Of a DNA stretch of 64,000 nucleotides, positions 36,631-49,800 are shown in pieces; position 1 is the first letter of the stretch, and each line of letters opens with the position of its first letter. The notes under the pieces were generated by a model. The model made no database searches. It saw nothing but the letters and a program-made list of their open reading frames with translations, and was not told where the DNA came from. The position numbers and the translations under genes are program-made. The DNA is from Lepidodermella squamata (lineage: Eukaryota; Animalia; Gastrotricha): contig JBLDXI010000064.1 in NCBI GenBank assembly GCA_047495785.1, forward strand, positions 1-64,000. Reading direction: 5' to 3'.

Positions 36631-38274
36631 ATGAATCTTTTTCTCTCAATTATTCTGTGGCAACTGATAGCCTCATCGCCATCGTTAGCAGCGAAGGCGC
36701 GTTGCTTCTCAGTTTTCAATAGCGAATTTAACGGGTGTAAAAGCAATTGCTCACAGCAGTTAGAGTACCAGGTGATCATCGAAGATTTCGCTTTCTCTAA
36801 ATAATTAAAATATTGTTATCCTAGACTGGGACTCCGTTTTCTTCATCCGAGAACTGCAGAAACGGGATGAGTTAACAATTATCATTATTTTCTTAAATTC
36901 GTCAAATTTCTCTCGGTTAAGGACGCTATACTTTGCTACAGCTACAAGACTTACAGCGTTAGATGCATTCAAGACCGATTCAAATGCAACAGAACCAACG
37001 AGCGCCAAGTTAGTCCAACCTTTCGCTTTTAATCCGCTCAATTTTCAATTCCATTCTGGCGGGAGTTTTCGAAAGACACGCATCATTCGGGGACAACTGG
37101 TCGGATTGCAGAAATGCTTCAGCGCGCTTCGCTGTTAGTTAAAATCTTACCAAATGAATGTCTATTTTATTTTTTTCGAATTCAGTCACAGCGATTCGAA
37201 CGCTGCATGAGAGGCGACTCTTTCATAACCTGTTCTCCTGATTCTCTCGCATGTCCATTTAATTTGGTAATAGGGCAATCTCTTGATTACGGAATAATTA
37301 TTTCTCTTTCGCATAGGATCCAGGTGACGAAGTGACGTCGTTTCGCAATCTGGAAGCGTGCTTGAGGGGTGAAGGTAAATTTTCATAGTTTTCTTGGCTT
37401 AGCTAAGAATCTGTTGAACAGTTGACCTTGCGATTCTCGAGGACCAAAAGCCGCACATTCGCTGTGTTGACGTGAAGACTCGACATTTCTTGGGTTGCCG
37501 TCGCCGAAACACAGCCTGCTCACCAGATGCCGAACTGTACGCGCCTCGGCCTTTTGCCAACAAAGACTTGTGCCTTAAAGGGGTGAATCATCGAGCTCTG
37601 AATTGACGAAGGTTGCCTCTAAGTTTTGTTACATTCCAGACTGCCGTGCTTTGCAACACCACGTCAGGCAAAGTTTGCAGCGCGTTCTGTGAAGAGGAAT
37701 CGCAAACGGTATTGTTTGAATTTTTGTTCATGACTCAATTTCATAACGGGATCACATAGGAAACCATTTACTCAGCTTCACAAGACTTCCCCACAAACTA
37801 TGCTCAATGTGAACGGGGCCGAGTCACTTCTGGGAACCATACAGTTCGTTTTGCTTATTGAATTCGTGAAATCCTATTTGGACTTGACCCTAACAGCTTG
37901 CGAAGAATTTTACCGTTGCGGTAACGGATGGTGGGACATTCACTCAAGATGACGCGAAACGAGCCTGCTCGAACTTCACAAACTCTCGCTTAGCTTTGAT
38001 CAAAACCGAAGCTCAACGGCAAGCTGTCTACGCTGCGATGACGAACTCCTCGGTCACCACCGCTTACATCGGCTTGTCGAAAACCAAGGACCAGTGGCTG
38101 TGGGATGACGGTACGGCCTACGACAACATGCCACCCTGGGCGCCTGGCTACCCGTCCGAGGCGAAGATGAACCGATGTGTTGGCCTGGCGAGTATCAGCG
38201 ATTCAGCTGTGCATTTGACGGATGGATCTTGCGTTTCGCCTTCAGCTAACGCCTACATTTGTGAGACTCTGTGA
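36631..38274 (+). pseudogene. Gene B5: recent duplicate of B1, coding frames intact but two splice sites mutated
   Basis: Intron 2 donor GT>AT at 36867-68 and intron 3 acceptor AG>TG at 37057-58, relative to B1. Confidence 0.75.
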
Positions 38275-38454
38275 TACTGCTCATTTATTCCTCTCTTGAA
38301 ATTGTTAAACTCGTCTTTTGCCCTCTAAATATTCGTTAGTGAACTAGTAACGTCCACTTTTTAGAAAATTAGTACATGGTTCAGTATCTCAAGTTTCGAC
38401 TGTTTCGACAAGTTTGAACGAGCGCCAGAAAAGCCTGCAATTGAAATAGTAATT

Positions 38455-39079
38455 TAAAGTATGCGTAATATTTTTTTTTGCCTCGCATTTTTTCAATAAC
38501 TTTTCAACCATGAGGAATGTTTTAAAGTGGTTGAAAAATGCTATTTTTGCATCTTATTTGGTCTGAATTGATTGTCTATTTTGCCAGAGGCTTCAAGTTT
38601 TTTTGAGAGGATGGTCCGTAATGGATCTACGTCACCGATTCCTGAAAAAACATTGTACAACTATCCAAAACTGAAGGCTTCATAAAATTGGCACAAATCA
38701 TTCAAAAAATTCCGAAAATTCATTTCTGATCGCGGTTGGTGGATAAGACCTTCTTTGTGGCCGCTAAGTCGAATTTCCTTGTTGACGGCGCGTTATTAAC
38801 CTAATTCCCTGCTAAAAAATCCCGATAAAGCCTTTCAACAGGATAATGTCTTCCAACCTCAAGTCCTGTAAAATGCCATTTTTCAAAAATGAGAATTTTC
38901 AATAAAAATCGCGGACAGAATTGTTCCTCTCACACCCAATTCAAATGAAAATTTGAGGAAAGTTTACCGCAGACTAGATCTATCGACTGGTGAAAACCAC
39001 TTTAAAACATTCCTCATTTCCTCATGGTTGAAAGGTTATTGAAAAAATGCGAGGCAAAAAAAATATTACGCATACTTTA
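38455..39079. mobile_element. MITE, duplicate of 21864-22498
   Basis: Same TIRs at the same position in the segmental duplicate, with different internal deletions. Confidence 0.8.
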
Positions 39080-39364
39080 TATCAAGGCCTATTTTGAAAA
39101 TTCTAAAAAATGATTGAAACTCTTTCTTTATCCTGTCAACGCGATTAAAAAAAACAATTTGATCTAGTTCTCTCTTTCGCTAATGAGACAAAAAACTATT
39201 GTACAATCGCAAAAATCTTCAGAATTTTTTTGAATGTTCTTCCCAGTTCAATTTTTAGCTATCAAGGACAATAGACAATATTTTTTCTCTGGTCTGTAAA
39301 GAAAACGAGGTCAAAATCCAATCACGGAAAACGAATTTACCCTTCACAAATTATCGTCCCCGCC

Positions 39365-39656
39365 CTCTCGCTTAGCTTTGATCAAAACTGAAGCTCAACG
39401 GCAAGCTGTCTACGCTGCGATGACGAACTCCTCGGTCACCACCGCTTACATCGGCTTGTCGAAAACCAAGGACCAGTGGCTGTGGGATGACAGTTCAGCC
39501 TATGCGGACATGCCACCCTGGGCGCCTGGCTACCCGTCCGAGGCGAAGATGAACCGATGTGTTGGCCTGGCGAGTATCAGCGATGCAGCTGTGCATTTGA
39601 CGGATGGATCTTGCGTTTCACCCTCCGCCAGCGCTTTTATCTGTGAGACTATGTGA
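39365..39656 (+). pseudogene. Orphan partial C-type lectin exon at the duplication breakpoint
   Basis: Begins mid-exon (SRLALIKT..) right after the duplicated segment ends; no acceptor or upstream exons. Confidence 0.85.
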
Positions 39657-40068
39657 TGCGCTCTATTTTTTTCTGTCAGCAATTGATGCGTTTGACCTCA
39701 ATTTCATCTTTCTTCTTCATTTTCCATGCAAACTTATTTCCTCAATCCAATGACAGCCTGATCGATTTAAGTGAATTTAGCTCAAATTATCTCGCTGTAA
39801 ACATTTCTCGTTTACGATTCAACAATTTGATGGCCTCCTCGTAAAAAGTGATCATTTGCAGATTGCACACCCCATAGAAACGAATTCAGCGTATTTCTGC
39901 TCTGAAAATGTAGCGTGTTTCATAATCAATTTTTCTGGGAGCAGACTTCCCCACTTGTATGCTATTGCGTTCATAAATCTGTTCCTTCATTCTTTGAATC
40001 TATTGCTCGTTATTTTGAGAATAATTTCAGCACAGATTTATGATTCGTGTTTACATTTGTTAGGCTCC

Positions 40069-41430
40069 ATGAATCTGCTTTTTTACATCAGCCCATGGCT
40101 CCTTATCGCCGGCGCTCAGCGTGAACGCCGACTTCCTGCGGTATTGTGGCGTTGCTTCATTCAGCAAAAACTTGGTTATAAACGTTATTTATCCTCGATT
40201 CAGTCCGAAAAGTGGTATGCTGGAATGAGGAAGTGTATGACTGGGGTGTGTGCGAACTTATTAATTTTGCAAATTGTTATGACTTACTTTGTAGCACGCT
40301 CGACTTTGCTACAACCATGTTGAATTCAGCTTCAGGTGCGCTCCCGACACGACGCCGTGCAACAATTCCATCGAAAGCCAGGTTCGAAATGCGTCTTGGT
40401 TTTCTAAACTTTTTCTCAGCTTCATTCTATCGACTCGCAGGTTGCTTTCTTCGATAAATTCGGCCCATTTTCGGGCGATTGGGAAGAATGCTTGCACGCA
40501 GCGAAAATCTTGCCGGTGAGTTGCGAATATTATTAAATTAAAATTCTGAATTTTTCGCAGCCTTCAAAAATTGCGGAGCCTCATTCGAATATGAATGCTT
40601 AATTAAATTGTTTCAAAAAATTATGATTTTAAATTAAAATAAAAAAAGGTTTAATTTCAAAGCGCCAAAAAAGGGTTTGCCTGCTTTGAAAACGGTTCAG
40701 AAAACAGGCAAATGTGAGTTTGCACGTTTAGAACAAGGGGAATTCCGAGAGCTCTGATTTCTCCGCATCAGCAGGAAATCAATTGGGCTAAATCAAAATC
40801 GAATTACCCCTGAATTTCGTAAATCAAATAATCACAATGGCCTAAATCAAATCAAATCGAAGTTTCCGTTCCGAGTCTGAGCATAAATGATTAGGCAAGA
40901 GCCGCATTGATAATATCTAAAGTAATAAGTAATATACTTCGGTAGTAAAATCTACGGTTTTCCACTCATTTCCCGCTTTCAATTGCATGCCACCTTAAGG
41001 CTATCACAGACATCGATTTGTAATTCAGACGCGGCCATTCGAACGCTGCTTTTCTGGTGGCAGATTCGTTTCCTGCTTTCCCGTATCCCTCAGCTGCCCA
41101 TCACATTTGGTAATTAAACAGTATGCGGCTTCGCCAATACTAATTTTCTTTCATTTCTTTCAATAAAGGCAACAAATGACGAACTACCCCCACTTGGCAA
41201 TCTAGAATTATATGCAAGAGGTGTCGGTAAGTTTTAGGATGATCAATATAACCTTCAATTTGTTAACAGTCCCGCCATCCGTTATCGATGACCAAAAGCC
41301 GCACGTTCGCTGTGTGAACAAGCGAACCGGCAATTTCGTAGCTTGCCGCCGCGAAAGCACCGGCTGCTCACCAGACATTCCGATGGACTTGCCGCAGCCT
41401 TTTGTCAACAAGAAAATGTGCCTGAAAGGG
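40069..41430 (+). pseudogene. Gene B6: exons 1-7 only; a deletion fuses exon 1 to intron 1/exon 2 in frame
   Basis: MNLLFYISPWLL..WRCF reads through former intron sequence into SEKWYAGMRKC; Cys>Tyr in exon 6; exons 8-10 not found. Confidence 0.75.
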
Positions 41431-41916
41431 GTGAGTTCAGTATCGGAAGTCGGAAGTGCGCTAGGGAGGATTGTGATCCATCCTGGTCTCCGAGGGCGGC
41501 CGGGACAAAATTGAAAAATTAAAAATATGACTAAATTCCGATTAATCTCGCGTGATATCATCAAGAGTTGGATTATTAGGAGCCAAAGCGACAAATATAA
41601 GTAGAAAAAGACCTATCCCTACCCTTGTCTATCATTAGCAACCGTAACTGTCCCTATGTAGATCTGAATGAATTCGAGTTTTCAATGCCCTTCGCATAGC
41701 AGCGCCTATGATTCCTTCACTCTCATTTGCATATTCAGAGTTAGCGCACCCTGTGATATTATAATGAGGCTTTACTAGGCACAACTAGGCGCGCGCATAA
41801 CCGTATTTTTAACGTTCATCGAACCGCGCGCGCTCATGTCAAAGGGCTACTTACGAATATCGTGGCGGTTTTTATACCAAATTATAATTCAGACAATTCT
41901 CTTTCGATTGAATATA

Positions 41917-42730
41917 GGTTTCCTGGCGGAAAAATTCGATCTCAAATACATGCTAGTGCACACCAAGTTTTGACTTGGTTGAGTGCGGAAATGTTCCTAG
42001 CGCATACGCAAAATTTTAATTCAAGCGCTGCTTTTCGGGCCACAATTTCGTTTCCTGTTATCCTACTTCTCTCGGGTGTCCAAACAATTTGGTAATTTGA
42101 CCGTGCTGAAAGTTCCGTCACCGCTGCTATTCTTTCTATTTTCTAGGATGTCAACAATGAACTACCTACCTACAACAATTTGGAATCTTGCTTGACCGGT
42201 GCGGGTGAGTGTTTAACCTTTTTCTCTAATGTCTTTCGTTTCGGCATGCTACTGTTTTGAAAAAAGTCGACCACTTTACACTAGCACTAGCGCAATGTAA
42301 ACGTGACCTAACCACTGTGAGTCCATTTTTTACACCCCTTTCAACAAATTGAATGGACTTAGTCAGCCTGGAAAGATCTACACTGCTGTGCGTGCAGATC
42401 CTGAAACATTCTCGCGATGCGACGCAAGATCGGCTTGTTCGGAAACCACAAACTCGCGACTGGCTGTGATCGAAACCGAAGCTGAGCGGCAAGCTGTCTA
42501 CGCCGCGATGACAAGCGCTTCAATCACCACCGCTTACATCGGCTTGTCGAAAACTAACGACCAATGGTTGTGGGATGACAGTTCAGCCTATGCGGACATG
42601 CCACCCTGGGCGCCTGGCTACCCGTCCGAGGCTAAGATGAACCGATGTGTTGGCCTGGCGAGCATTCTCGATGCAGCTGTTCAGTTGACGGATGGGTCTT
42701 GCGATTCGCCTTCAGCTAGCGCTTACATTT
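41917..42730 (+). pseudogene. Gene B7: fragmented relic (exon 4/5-like, exon 6, part of exon 9, truncated lectin exon)
   Basis: FKRCFSGHNFVSCYPTSLGCPNNL; DVNNELPTYNNLESCLTG; lectin exon from ~42363 breaks before the final Cys. Confidence 0.75.
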
Positions 42731-43880
42731 CTTCAGCTCAGTGTGCGACTTTCAGGGGGGATGGGGGAGGAGGGGGGCGGGGGGGCCCGGCCGGGCCAGA
42801 TGGGCAAAATGAGAATTTATCCCACTGTTTTGTTTTTTGTTAATTTTAGAAGGTTCTGGGACGTGTTTTAGTCGAAAATCCACAACGTTTTGTTGCTTCG
42901 CTCGGTTATTAGCCGAAATGACACGTCATTTTGGCAAAAGCAGCAAAGAAAATTATTTCATCCCTGGGAGCTCGGGAGCTCGAAGATCGCACCCTGCTTC
43001 AACTTTGTTATTCGTGTTAGTTCTCTAAGTATCACATATACCGGAAAAAGGGTAAAATGTGGTATGCAGTATTTCTGCTCTGAAAATTCAATGTCTGACA
43101 ATCAAATGTTTTGGGGAACGTTTCCACTTGTATGCTATTGTGTTCAGTGTTCGTAAATCTGCTCCTTCATTCGTCGACTCTATTGCTCGTTTTCTTTTAG
43201 AATATTTTCAGCTCTTATAAATTTCGTGTCAGCAATTGATAGACTCCATGAATCTGCTTGTTTACATCAGCCTCTGGCTTGTCGCCGGCTCTCAGGGTTA
43301 CCCATCTGAGGCATTGTGGCGTTGCTTCTCAATTTTCGACAATCATCACAACGGCTGTAATGGCGATTGCAGGCAAGCTGAATACCAGGTTATTACAGTC
43401 ATTCAGTTTCATTGTGTAAAAACTTGATGGTGTAAATGAACATTTATCCTCAATTCAGTCCGCAAAGTGGTTTCGCAGCATGGCTGACTGCACCAAAGGA
43501 GTGAGTGTGAACTTAGTATCATTTTTGCATATTGTTGCGATTTTCTCTACTTTGTAGTACGCTCGACTTTGCTACAACCGTGATGACTTCAGCTTCAGGT
43601 GCCTTCCCCACCCGACGCCGTGCAACATAACCATAGAAAACCCGGTTTGAAAAGCGTCTTGATTTTCTCAACATTTCTCAGCACCATATCGACTCGCAGG
43701 CTGGATGATTGCGCGAACCAACCCGATAGGGTTCCCCTAGCGGCGGAGCCGCAGCCTGAACCGGAGGTCCAGCGCCTCTCTCTCAACTTCGCCGGTCGAG
43801 GCGACAATGGTAGAGGCGTTTTGCGCTGGACGAAAAACGAAGCTAGGGGAACGAATTTTAACGATAAAAATATGGAAAAA

Positions 43881-46800
43881 TAAGTCGTAGATAGATCTTT
43901 TTTTAAACCTCTGTATAAAAACTTTCCAGCTGTTTTCATCGGGCGGTTAATTTTTGGCGAATTTTTATTCATAAAAAACTACCCAACTGCTCATTAATAT
44001 TCATGAGCTGCTTACGCCGCCGTCTGGGTCACGGTTACCGGCACCCTCATGACCGAGGTTAGTTACCTCACACGCGAGAGCGGGGTCGTTGCTGTGTGAC
44101 TCTTCAAAATTTCAACTTTAAGCCGGTTTGGCGGCCCTCCCTGGGGGGAGGGCTGCATCAGTGACATTCTGCGAAAAATTCTGCATCGAACAGTCTAAAG
44201 TTTGTTGATAGGCGATAAACGGTTGATTTTCTATCGAATTTACAAGTTGCGCGTACATGAAAAAGTGGCGCTCACTCACTGTGTGTGAAATTTTCAAGGC
44301 GCGTGTGACACCCAGATAGGTGCATAATTTATCGTGACAAAGTCGGTTTTTTAGATACTAGGAAGGACGGCCGAATTTTTGGTACCAAAAACGCCGCGAG
44401 ATTCGCAAGATTTCCTTTGACTATAGCGTTTTGCGCGCGATTGATTTTTAGTGAAAATTAAAATTTCAATTCGTCAATTTTTTTGACACCTCACTCGGGT
44501 AGCGCTCATGTTTAATTGCACGTAGAGAGTAGCAAATTTTGCGCTGAATTTTTAGAGACCAACCGCGCTATCGTAGCCCTTATGGTTTTGGAGCTATAGG
44601 AGGCGCGGTAAATCGCGTTTTTAAGCCTATTTTTAGTGCGCGGCGGCGCTCACACACTCACGGAGAGTCGGTTTCTGTCCAATTTTGGACACATGCAGCA
44701 GTTCTGTGCGCATATCAAAATAACACTGGTCGACGTAGAATTTCATGACCAATCGAACAAGCCTAAGATCATCGTCGTAGCCCTCATAGTTTTGTGCCTA
44801 TAGGAGGCGCGGTCGATCCACCTTAAAATTTCGAAATTTCGTTGTTTTTGTGAATTTTTTCTCGACGGTTTGGAAGAGACCCGTTGAAACAAAACAACCA
44901 TTCCTAGTACAACCTTCGACAGGCTTTCGAACGGTGAAAACCGCATGTCGATGCCTCTCACAGTTTTTTGCCAATAAGCCGAGCGGTAAAATATGAGATA
45001 AAAAACACAATTGGTAAATCTCGAAATTTCTCTTCTACAAATCCAGGTCATATTTACCCGCAACTTCAGTGACGAATAATCATGAGATAGAAGTAACTTG
45101 AGACGCTCTATTGAATGGTAGACGCCACATGTTCACAGGGCACACCCATTTGACGAACCGCCCTTGACAAAGTCAAATTTTTTTATATTGTCAACTTACT
45201 TTACACTCTCATTTCAGTGGTATGGCTAGTTCGCGCTAATACCTTTATGATGTCAACGCTTAGAGCAAAGTCCGCTGGCCATTTTGAGACCAGGCTGGTC
45301 GTTATACCCGGTGTGTGAAATTTTCAGGGCGCGTGTGACACCCTGATAGGTGCGGAATCTGTCTTGACAAAGTCGGTTTTTTAGATAGTAGAAAAGATGG
45401 CCGATTTGTTGGTACCAAAACCGCTGAGAGATTCGCAAGATTTCCTTTGACTAAAGCAGTTTGCGCGCGATTTATTTTTAGTGAAAATCAAATTATATAT
45501 TTTTTCGAGTTTCGCTAATTGTTTTGACATCTCACCCTGGTAGCGCTCATGTTTGAATACACCTGGAATGTAGCAAATTTTGCGCTGAATTTTTAGAGCC
45601 CAACCGCATAATCGTAGGGCTTATGGTTGTCGAGCAATAGAAGGCGCGGCAAATCGCGTTTTCAACCCATTTTTAGTGCGCGGCGGCGCTCACACACTCA
45701 CTGAGAGCCGTTTTCTGTTAAATTTTCGACACGCGTAGCAGTTTTGTGCGCACAAAGACATTATATAGGCCGACGTAGAATTTCAAGACGAATCGAACGA
45801 CACTAGGCGCATCGTCGTAGACCTCTTAGTTTGTTGTCTATAGTAGGCGCGGCCGATCCACTTTAAAATTTCGAAATTTTTCCGTTTTTGAGATTTTTTC
45901 ACGACGATTAGAAATAGTCCCGGTGTAATAAAACGAACATTTCAATTTGACGGGCTTTCGAGCGGCGAGAACCGCATGTTAACACCTATCATAGTTCTTT
46001 GCCAATAGGCCACGCAGTATATTATGAGATAAAAAACAGAGCACGTAAATTTTGAAATTTCGTTTCTTTAATTCCGGGTAATCAGCGACGAATTTTGATG
46101 AAAACTAGGTAACTCGAGCCGCCCTTTAAAATGGTATAAGCCCCACATTCACAGGGTGCACCCTATTGACACCGCACCCCTTGTCAAAGTCAAATTTTTT
46201 TAATTTTGTTGACCAACTTTGCACTCTCATTTTTTCATTCAGCGAACTTACGCTGGTGTATTAATGATTCTAACGCGTAGAGCATTGTCAGCTAACAATT
46301 TTGAGACCAGGCTGGTCTCTGTGGCCGCCGTATTTATGACGATATTCATCGCGCGGTAAAACTTGGATAGCCATATTTTCAGTGCGCCCACTCACTTGCT
46401 TTTTTTTACCTGTGTTTTTTTATTTGTGCGCAAGATTAATTGCAACCATCCTGTGCAGAACAATGCGAGGAATAGAACGAGACTACGCCCATTTTCTATT
46501 GAATTTACAAGTTGCGCGCACTTGAAAAGTGGCCCTCACCAAGTGTGCATGAAATTTTCAGGGCGCGAGTAACCCCCAGATAGGTGCGGAATTTGTCGTA
46601 GCCAAGTCGGATTTTTAGATACTAAAAAACAAGGCCGATTTTTTGGTATCAAAACCGCCGCGAGATTCGCCAGATTTCCTTTGACTAGAGCGTTTAGCGC
46701 GCGATTGATTTTTAGTGAAAATTAAAATTTCAATTTTTTCGACTTTCGTCATTTTTTTTGACACCTCATCCTGGTAGCGCTCGTATTTGAATGCACCTAA

Positions 46801-49800
46801 ATTCTAGCAAATTTTGCGCTGAATTTTTAGAGACCAACCTCGTTATCACAGCCATCATGGTTGTTGAACAATAATAGGCGCGGTAAATCACGTTTTTCGG
46901 CCTAGTTATAGTGCCCGGCGGCGCTCACACACTCATTCAGATTCGATTTCTGTCAAATTTTAAACACATGCAGTGCGTTGTGCGCACATACTCTTTAAAC
47001 AGGCCGACGTAGAATTTCAAGACGAACCGAACGAGACTAGGCCCATCGTCGTAGCCCTCATAGTTTTTTGCCTATAAGAGGCGCGGTATAACTTGTTTTG
47101 ATCCACCTTAAAACTTGAAATTTCGAGATTTCGACGTTTTTGTGAATTTTTTCGCGACCATACGGAAGCGACCGGGCGTAATTTAATAGCCATTTCTAGT
47201 ACAACATTTCACGGGCTATCCATGGGTGAAAACTGAAAGCCGATACCGGCTGCCGTTCTTTGCCCATAAGCCTCGCGGTAAAATTTGTGATAAAAAACAA
47301 ACCCAATAAATTTCGAAATATCGTTTCTTCAGTTCTGGCTCATTGAAATGCGAGTTCAGTGGCGAATTTTTAAGAGAAATGGGCAATTCGAGGCGCTCTA
47401 TCGAACGGTATAAGCCTCATGTTCACAAGGCGCACCCATTTGACAGCATGCCCTTTGTAAGGGTCAAATTTTGAGCGAAGCCGCGCCTCCATGCACACAA
47501 GTTTCACATATGTATCGTATATTATTCGATAGCTTGTGTTATTTACTGCAGCTTGGGAGAGTTAGCCCTCATGGTTACGGAGCTATAAGAGGCGCGGTAA
47601 ATCGCGTTTTTCAGCCTATTTTTAGCGCGCCGGCGGCGCTCACACACTCACTCAGGGTCGATTTCGGTCAAATATTAAGCACATGCAGCAGTCTTGTGTG
47701 CACATAGACATTGCTTACGCCGACGTAGAATTACAAGACGAATCGAATGAGACTAGGCCCATGATCGTAGGCATTATAGTTTTTTGTCTATGGTAGGCGC
47801 GGCCGATCCACCTTAAAATTTTAAAATTTCGACGTTTTTGAGAATTGTTTAACGACGATTAGGAATAGTCCCGGTGTAATAAAATAACAATTTCTAGTAA
47901 AGAATTTGACGGGCTTTCGAGGGGTGAAAACCGCATGTCAACACCTGTCACAGTTTTTTGCCAAAGGGCCACGCGGTATAATTTGAGATAAAAAACAAAG
48001 CCAGTCAATTTTGAAATTTCGCTCCATCAATTCTCTGTATTATTAAACAGCAAATTCATTTACGAATATTCATGAGAAATAGGTAATTGGAGGCGCCCTC
48101 ATAAAAATTATAAACCCCACATTTACAGGACGCACCCATTTGACGCCACACCCTATTTCGGAATCAAATTTTTTTTTAATTTGTTGACTTACTTTGCACT
48201 CTCATTTTTTTCATTCAGCGAACTTACGCTGGTATATTAATGATTCTAACGCGTAGAACATTGTCAGCTAATAATTTTGAGACCAGGCTGGTTTTTGTGG
48301 CTGCCGTATTTATGACGATATTAACCGCGCGGTAAAACTTGGTATGGCATATTTTTAGTGCGCGCACTCACAGTCAGGCTTTTTCACTTGCATTTTTGAC
48401 CTGTATGCAATATTTGTGCGCAAGATCAATTGCAACCATCCTGTGCAGAACAATGCGAGGCAGTGTGCGAAGTAGGATGCTCGAGTTGGGGGTACTTTCA
48501 ACCATTTTCTGGCCCGAAATTTCAGACCAATCAAACGAGACTACGCCCATCATCGTAGCACTCATAGTTTTGTGCCTATATGAGGCGCGGTAGAACGTGT
48601 TTCGATCCACCATAAAAATTGGAAATTTCGAAATTTCGATGTTTTTGTCACGCTTCTCACGGCCATACCGAATCATCCCGTAGTATAAGAAGTCGTAGAT
48701 AGATCTTTTTTTAAACCTCTGTATAAGTCGATGGCTACGACAATGGGACTAGAAAATTTTTATTTTCACTAAAAATCAATCGTGCGCAAAACTCTGCGGT
48801 CAAAGGAAAACTAGCGAATCTCGCGTCGGTTTTAATACCAAGAATCGGCCGTCCTTCGGAGTAGCAAGAAATCAATTTTGAACACGACAAATTCCGCAGC
48901 TGAAAGGGTGTTACCCGCGTGTCTAACTAAGTCGTAGATAGATCTTTTTTTAAACCTCTGTATAAAAACTTTCCAGCTGTTTTCATCGGGCGGTTAATTT
49001 TTGGCGAATTTTTATTCATAAAAAACTACCCAACTGCTCATTAATATTCATGAGCTGCTTACGCCGCCGTCTGGGTCACGGTTACCGGCACCCTCATGAC
49101 CGAGGTTAGTTACCTCACACGCGAGAGCGGGGTCGTTGCTGTGTGACTCTTCAAAATTTCAACTTTAAGCCGGTTTGGCGGCCCTCCCTGGGGGGAGGGC
49201 TGCATCAGTGACATTCTGCGAAAAATTCTGCATCGAACAGTCTAAAGTTTGTTGATAGGCGATAAACGGTTGATTTTCTATCGAATTTACAAGTTGCGCG
49301 TACATGAAAAAGTGGCGCTCACTCACTGTGTGTGAAATTTTCAAGGCGCGTGTGACACCCAGATAGGTGCATAATTTATCGTGACAAAGTCGGTTTTTTA
49401 GATACTAGGAAGGACGGCCGAATTTTTGGTACCAAAAACGCCGCGAGATTCGCAAGATTTCCTTTGACTATAGCGTTTTGCGCGCGATTGATTTTTAGTG
49501 AAAATTAAAATTTCAATTCGTCAATTTTTTTGACACCTCACTCGGGTAGCGCTCATGTTTAATTGCACGTAGAGAGTAGCAAATTTTGCGCTGAATTTTT
49601 AGAGACCAACCGCGCTATCGTAGCCCTTATGGTTTTGGAGCTATAGGAGGCGCGGTAAATCGCGTTTTTAAGCCTATTTTTAGTGCGCGGCGGCGCTCAC
49701 ACACTCACGGAGAGTCGGTTTCTGTCCAATTTTGGACACATGCAGCAGTTCTGTGCGCATATCAAAATAACACTGGTCGACGTAGAATTTCATGACCAAT

